Positions 60,123 through 64,000 of a stretch of 64,000 bases of DNA are shown here, piece after piece. The stretch lies in contig CBDBQD010000001.1 of the NCBI GenBank assembly GCA_965209115.1, forward strand, positions 1,274,483 through 1,338,482, in the 5' to 3' direction. The translations under genes were made by a program, and so were the position numbers. Positions within the stretch are counted from its first letter, which is position 1, and every line of letters begins with the position of its first letter. The stretch is from Acidimicrobiales bacterium (lineage in GTDB: Bacteria > Actinomycetota > Acidimicrobiia > Acidimicrobiales > CATQHL01). Below the pieces are notes generated by a model. It was not told where the DNA came from. It saw nothing but the letters and a program-made list of their open reading frames with translations, and ran no database searches.

Positions 60123-61361
60123 TCAGGCGAGGGCGTGGATCGGCGCGCCGTGCGCGGTCAGCGGATCGCCGACGCCGAAGTGGCCTTCCATCCAGAGGGA
60201 GCCAAGCTGAGCGCCGTGCTCGACGAACTCGGTGACGCCCCGCAGGGCGGACAGGGGTTGGGCCTGGGTGTGCCCGCTGCTGTCGCGCCAGAGGATCCGC
60301 ACCTCGTCGGGACCGAGCGAGTTGATGAAGAAGGGGGAGTGGGTCGTGACGAGCAGTTGCGTGCGTTCGGCTGCGCCGCGACACTCCTCGGCGAGTCCGG
60401 CCAGGAGGCGCGGGTGCAGGTAGTTCTCCGGTTCTTCGAGGCCGATGAACGGCGGGGGCTCGGGGTCGTGCATCAGTACCAGGTAGGCCAGCATCTTGAG
60501 GGTTCCGTCGGACGCGAAGCGGGCGAGGACCGGATCGTCGAACGGGAGGTCCTTGATCTTCAGGAGCAGGCGGCCGTCGGCCATCGTCTCGGCAGAGACG
60601 CTGTCGATCTGTGGGACGCGCAGACGAAGTAGATCGAAGATGCGCCGAAGCCTGAGCGGATGTTGCTCGTTGAGATACTGGATGACGTTGGCGAGGTTGT
60701 CGCCGGTTCTGCTGAGGCGCTCGTGCGGACCAGCCTCGGGCTGCGATCGTGCGCTGTCAGCAGCAAGGTACGACACGTACCAGCCGCTGATGAAGTCTCG
60801 CAGGGCGGCGACGCGCGGATGCTCCTGGAACTGGCCGACGGCGTTGACCGCCAACAGATCGGGTGAGCTCAGTCGACGCGTGACTCTCTGGGCTTCCTCG
60901 TCAGGCTCGTTTCCGCTGGCGGCGTGCCCCGAGCCGCGCTCGTAGTCCAAGAAACGGAACGGTTTGCCTCGGCTCCCTCTCGTCCAACTCAACCATTCGC
61001 GTTCGACGACCGGCCTCCCCCGGTACTCGTCCACAGCAAGGTGGTAGGTGATCAGCGGCGTCCTGGGCTGTGTGCTCTCGCGGTACTTGATTTCGATCGT
61101 GACCGGGCCTGTTGAGCCGCGGGTCTTGAGTTCCAGCGCTCGCCCGCGGCGGTCCCAGGCGCGCCGCAGGCCCGAGTCGAAGCACTCCGCGAGGAAGGCG
61201 AACACGTCGAAGACCGTGGACTTGCCGCTGCCGTTGGGGCCGAGCAGCACCGTCAGCGGTGTCAGCTTCTTGAACTCGACGCTCCGGAGCGCACGGAAAC
61301 TCCTCACCTTCAGGTACTCGATCCGCGGCGGGGATGTCAGGGCGGAACCTGCGGGGGTCAC
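60123..61361 (-). CDS. ABC/AAA_21-type ATPase (OLD/AriA-like)
   Basis: [13 protein letters not shown] signature, [17 protein letters not shown]. Confidence 0.9.
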   Translation of the reverse strand: MTPAGSALTSPPRIEYLKVRSFRALRSVEFKKLTPLTVLLGPNGSGKSTVFDVFAFLAECFDSGLRRAWDRRGRALELKTRGSTGPVTIEIKYRESTQPRTPLITYHLAVDEYRGRPVVEREWLSWTRGSRGKPFRFLDYERGSGHAASGNEPDEEAQRVTRRLSSPDLLAVNAVGQFQEHPRVAALRDFISGWYVSYLAADSARSQPEAGPHERLSRTGDNLANVIQYLNEQHPLRLRRIFDLLRLRVPQIDSVSAETMADGRLLLKIKDLPFDDPVLARFASDGTLKMLAYLVLMHDPEPPPFIGLEEPENYLHPRLLAGLAEECRGAAERTQLLVTTHSPFFINSLGPDEVRILWRDSSGHTQAQPLSALRGVTEFVEHGAQLGSLWMEGHFGVGDPLTAHGAPIHALA

Positions 61362-61513
61362 TGGCGAGCGCGCCTCGGGACGTGGCTGCGATGCATCCGG
61401 TCCACCCTACCCGTCACGATTCTCAGGGACGTTCCGAGAAGGCGCCCGCCACCGGGCAGATCCCACTGGCCATTTACAGAAGCCTGGCCGAAGCGGTCGA
61501 GGGCGGCTGCGGC

Positions 61514-61550
61514 GCTTCGGCGGCGTGCGCACGCCGCCCCTCATTGAAGG
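61514..61550 (+). CRISPR. solitary type I-G-like CRISPR repeat (no array)
   Basis: 37 nt GCTTCGGCGGCGTGCGCACGCCGCCCCTCATTGAAGG with an 8-bp stem and ATTGAAG 3' handle, about 500 bp upstream of cas7. Confidence 0.65.
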
Positions 61551-61828
61551 CAGGTTCGCACCACCGTCCGCCCTTCGACCCGCCACTCCTCGTTGCTTGA
61601 GCGAGTGAAATTGCGCGGCTGGAGTTCCGTGTACTCGTCGGTCCGCTCGGCCCAGGCGCTGTCGCCGGGGATGATCCCGCCGCGGGGGCCCGAATTATTG
61701 GGGCCCCCGCTCCGTTTCTCGGGGGAGGCTCGAAGGACGGGCCACGAAGCGATTCTCGTTGATTCGGGCGGTATTCTCCCAGGTCAGAGAGGAATCTAAG
61801 GTCACGGCTCGAGCCTCTCCATCGTGAG

Positions 61829-61980
61829 TGTCACACCCCCCTGCCAAGGTGTCGCCAATGAACACGGCGGAGGCTCGTCCGAGCCACGGCTCGATCGGCA
61901 CGGTGAGGCCTTGCCCGATGCGGTTGCGACCTGGTGTGGAGTCCACTAGCTTTGCTATAGTATCGCTGGAAAGTGATAGC
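61829..61980 (+). promoter_or_regulatory. cas upstream region: RecA-NDp-like motif, -10 TATAGT and inverted repeat
   Basis: TGTCAC-N10-CAAGGT-N7-ATG (61829-61860); TATAGT at 61956-61961; TATCGCT-GGAA-AGTGATA at 61961-61978. Confidence 0.45.
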
Positions 61981-62056
61981 TGTTGCTGCAGAGGCCACCG
62001 AGCGGAGCTGCTGCTCATCGCACTCACAACCATCACGATCAACCGAAAGGAAAATC

Positions 62057-63253
62057 ATGACCACAATCACACTGGCCGATCTCGTCACGGGTTGCGGGGA
62101 CGACTCCTTCGATGCTGGCATTCGCATCGAGTCGGAGTTGGAACCGCTCGGTGGACGCGGGGCGTCCGTCAAGCCGGCCGTATACGAGGGCGGCGAATAC
62201 CAGCGCGACGAGCGTTGGGCCAACGAAAATGATGAGAAGCCCACGAAGGTGATCGTGATCGACAACGTCCCGTCACAGGCGAATCGCCTCGAGGAGGCAA
62301 TCCGAGCCCAGCGCAATGTCCTCGGGGTTCCAGAGTTTGTGCTCGATCTGTCCGACATGGTGCATCTACCCGCGCACCTACCGCGAGAGATCTCGAGCTG
62401 GCACTTCCCGCACCGTGTCGCCGACGCCTACCTGCGCGACTCGCAGCTAGACGGCGTGGATTTCCTGAGAACCGAACTTGGGAAGGCGCTTGCCGACGCC
62501 ACCCCTTGGTCGGCTGCACCGTTGATCGAATGGTTCCCCGGCGCGGCCTTGTACGGCTACTGGCAATCCCACTTGGGGAAGAAGCGCGCGAACACGAAAC
62601 ACGCGCGGGCGTGGGTGTCGGAGATCGTCGGGTGGAACCCGGCGAAGTCGGATACCCGGGTTAAGGGCCTGAAGGGCGACCCTCTCAATCTGAGCACCGA
62701 CGAGGTGGTCACTTCGAATCCGGATGATCGGGTCGATTGGGAAATCGGGAAGGTTCCAAAGTCAGACGCCAAGACGGACAAACTCTCGGAGATGGGCCAC
62801 GGCCAGGTGCCGTTCATGCGTGACAGCGAAGCGACCGCGGCTGCCGTGTCATTCGCTCGGATTGCCCAGACAGCGACGGTCTCGTTCGCGCAGCTGCGTC
62901 GCCTGAGTCTCGGCGAGTCGTATTCCGCCGACGCGGACGCCGCGGCACGCGCTCTCCTCGTCGCACTCGGACTGCACGCGCACGTCGCTGCGTTCGGCCG
63001 GGGCTTCGCACTGCGATCGGGAGCCGACTTGCGGGTCGTCTCAACGCGGACCGAGTGGCTTGGTGCCGCCGGCGACGAGGAGCGCCAACTCGGCGACGCC
63101 GGAAGCACGGGGTCCCTCGTGGCGCTCGCGAGGGACCACGCGGCCTCGCTGGGCATCCGCCTCGGCGGTTGGGGTCGCGACCCGGTCCGGCTCACGCCCA
63201 AGGACAACCTTCGCAAGGCGATTGAGGCCACATGGCCGGAGTTCGCGGAATGA
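62057..63253 (+). CDS. csb1: type I-G (I-U) CRISPR backbone protein Cas7/Csb1
   Basis: LEPLGG...VKPAVY, IDNVPSQANRLE, PHRVADAYLRDS, LSEMGHGQVP, LRSGADL. Confidence 0.9.
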   Translation: MTTITLADLVTGCGDDSFDAGIRIESELEPLGGRGASVKPAVYEGGEYQRDERWANENDEKPTKVIVIDNVPSQANRLEEAIRAQRNVLGVPEFVLDLSDMVHLPAHLPREISSWHFPHRVADAYLRDSQLDGVDFLRTELGKALADATPWSAAPLIEWFPGAALYGYWQSHLGKKRANTKHARAWVSEIVGWNPAKSDTRVKGLKGDPLNLSTDEVVTSNPDDRVDWEIGKVPKSDAKTDKLSEMGHGQVPFMRDSEATAAAVSFARIAQTATVSFAQLRRLSLGESYSADADAAARALLVALGLHAHVAAFGRGFALRSGADLRVVSTRTEWLGAAGDEERQLGDAGSTGSLVALARDHAASLGIRLGGWGRDPVRLTPKDNLRKAIEATWPEFAE

Positions 63254-64000
63254 CCCTCGTCATCGCTGTCGAATTCCTGCATCGGACGTTCCGGGCCGAT
63301 CCTGACGGCTTAGCACACACCGGACGAATGACACGCGGTGAGTGGCCCCCGTCGCCGGCAAGGGTGTTCGCGGCGATGATCGCGGCGGATGGCACCGGTG
63401 ACCGGTGTCGGGTGACCGATGGATCCGAACTCGAGTTCCTTGAGTGCCTCGAGCCCCCGGTGATCCTCGCCGATCCGTCACCGCACCACGAGAAGCTGCA
63501 GACCCGCTACGTCGTGCTACAGACCGGTAAGGCGGCGAAGGGTACGCACCAGGAGTACGTGGCGCGTGCGAGCGTGCCTGTCCATCCCGGGGTTCGAGTG
63601 TCCCCGAAGAGCCCGCAAGTCTTGTATGTCTACGACGTCGACGTTCCGCCGGCGATCTTGGAGGCGCTGCAAAGGCGCGCGGCCAGAATCGGCTATGTCG
63701 GAGCGGCCGACTCCCCTGTGCGGGTGCGAGTCTCGTCGCGGGAGCCTGACGGCGACCGCGACGACGAGCGATTCGTTCCCCACCCCGATGGCGACGTCCC
63801 GATCAGCGTGCCGCGGGCAGGCCACACGCGGCTCTGGGATTCCTTCTACGAGTCTTGGTGCGCACGGGGTGTGGACGTGGCGAGATCTCACAATCCGGCG
63901 CTCCGGCACCAGGTAACGTACCGATCTCCGGGTTCGCCTGTCGACGAGGTCGGCCTTGGTGCCGTTGTCGTGTGGCTTCAACTCCGGACACCGATCTCGG
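63250..64000 (+). CDS. csb2: type I-G Csb2 (Cas5/Cas6 fusion), truncated by the window end
   Basis: ATG overlaps the cas7 stop; my translation gives MTLVIAVEFL...GEWPPSPARVFAAMIAA and RIGYVGAADS. Confidence 0.88.
   Translation, partial: MTLVIAVEFLHRTFRADPDGLAHTGRMTRGEWPPSPARVFAAMIAADGTGDRCRVTDGSELEFLECLEPPVILADPSPHHEKLQTRYVVLQTGKAAKGTHQEYVARASVPVHPGVRVSPKSPQVLYVYDVDVPPAILEALQRRAARIGYVGAADSPVRVRVSSREPDGDRDDERFVPHPDGDVPISVPRAGHTRLWDSFYESWCARGVDVARSHNPALRHQVTYRSPGSPVDEVGLGAVVVWLQLRTPIS

Noticed and set aside
61551-61590. Spacer-like sequence targeting 61925-61933 or the ATPase start (61341-61352)
   Set aside because: Only 5-7 nt matches, with gaps and no TTN PAM; consistent with chance

Overview
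High-GC actinobacterial DNA. I infer an Acidimicrobiia-type lineage, probably sponge-associated, from the sup-like PKS, mycofactocin-type SDR, F420-type LLM, Rv2466c-like protein and many apparently leaderless genes. All protein calls come from recognised motifs, not database searches. From left to right the window holds: (i) a rare-sugar ABC uptake and oxidative catabolism cluster (3.5-13.8 kb) with an inserted hicAB pair and a binding protein carrying an apparently identical 1.1-kb internal duplication; (ii) mct-like CoA transferase, kinase, cysS and an MBL hydrolase; (iii) a decayed and scrambled sup-like type I PKS locus with free ACP and pseudogenised PPTase (18.7-29 kb); (iv) an N4C-type methyltransferase whose SmaI-like endonuclease partner is deleted, a lower-GC patch and tRNA-Arg(CCT); (v) a DsbA/Rv2466c-like gene with an in-frame TGA in a UPWC motif, a likely selenoprotein missed by the ORF track, then rpmB-rpmG and a stand-alone HD protein; (vi) an oxidative catabolic region (Mo-hydroxylase large subunit, ferredoxin/reductase, P450, ABC transporter, 2-oxoacid dehydrogenase with split E2); (vii) a defence island with hipB plus deleted hipA under four operators, an ABC-ATPase/DUF4276 pair, a solitary CRISPR-like repeat, and the start of a type I-G cas operon (cas7/csb1, csb2) running off the right edge. 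A REP-like palindrome family is dispersed across the window.
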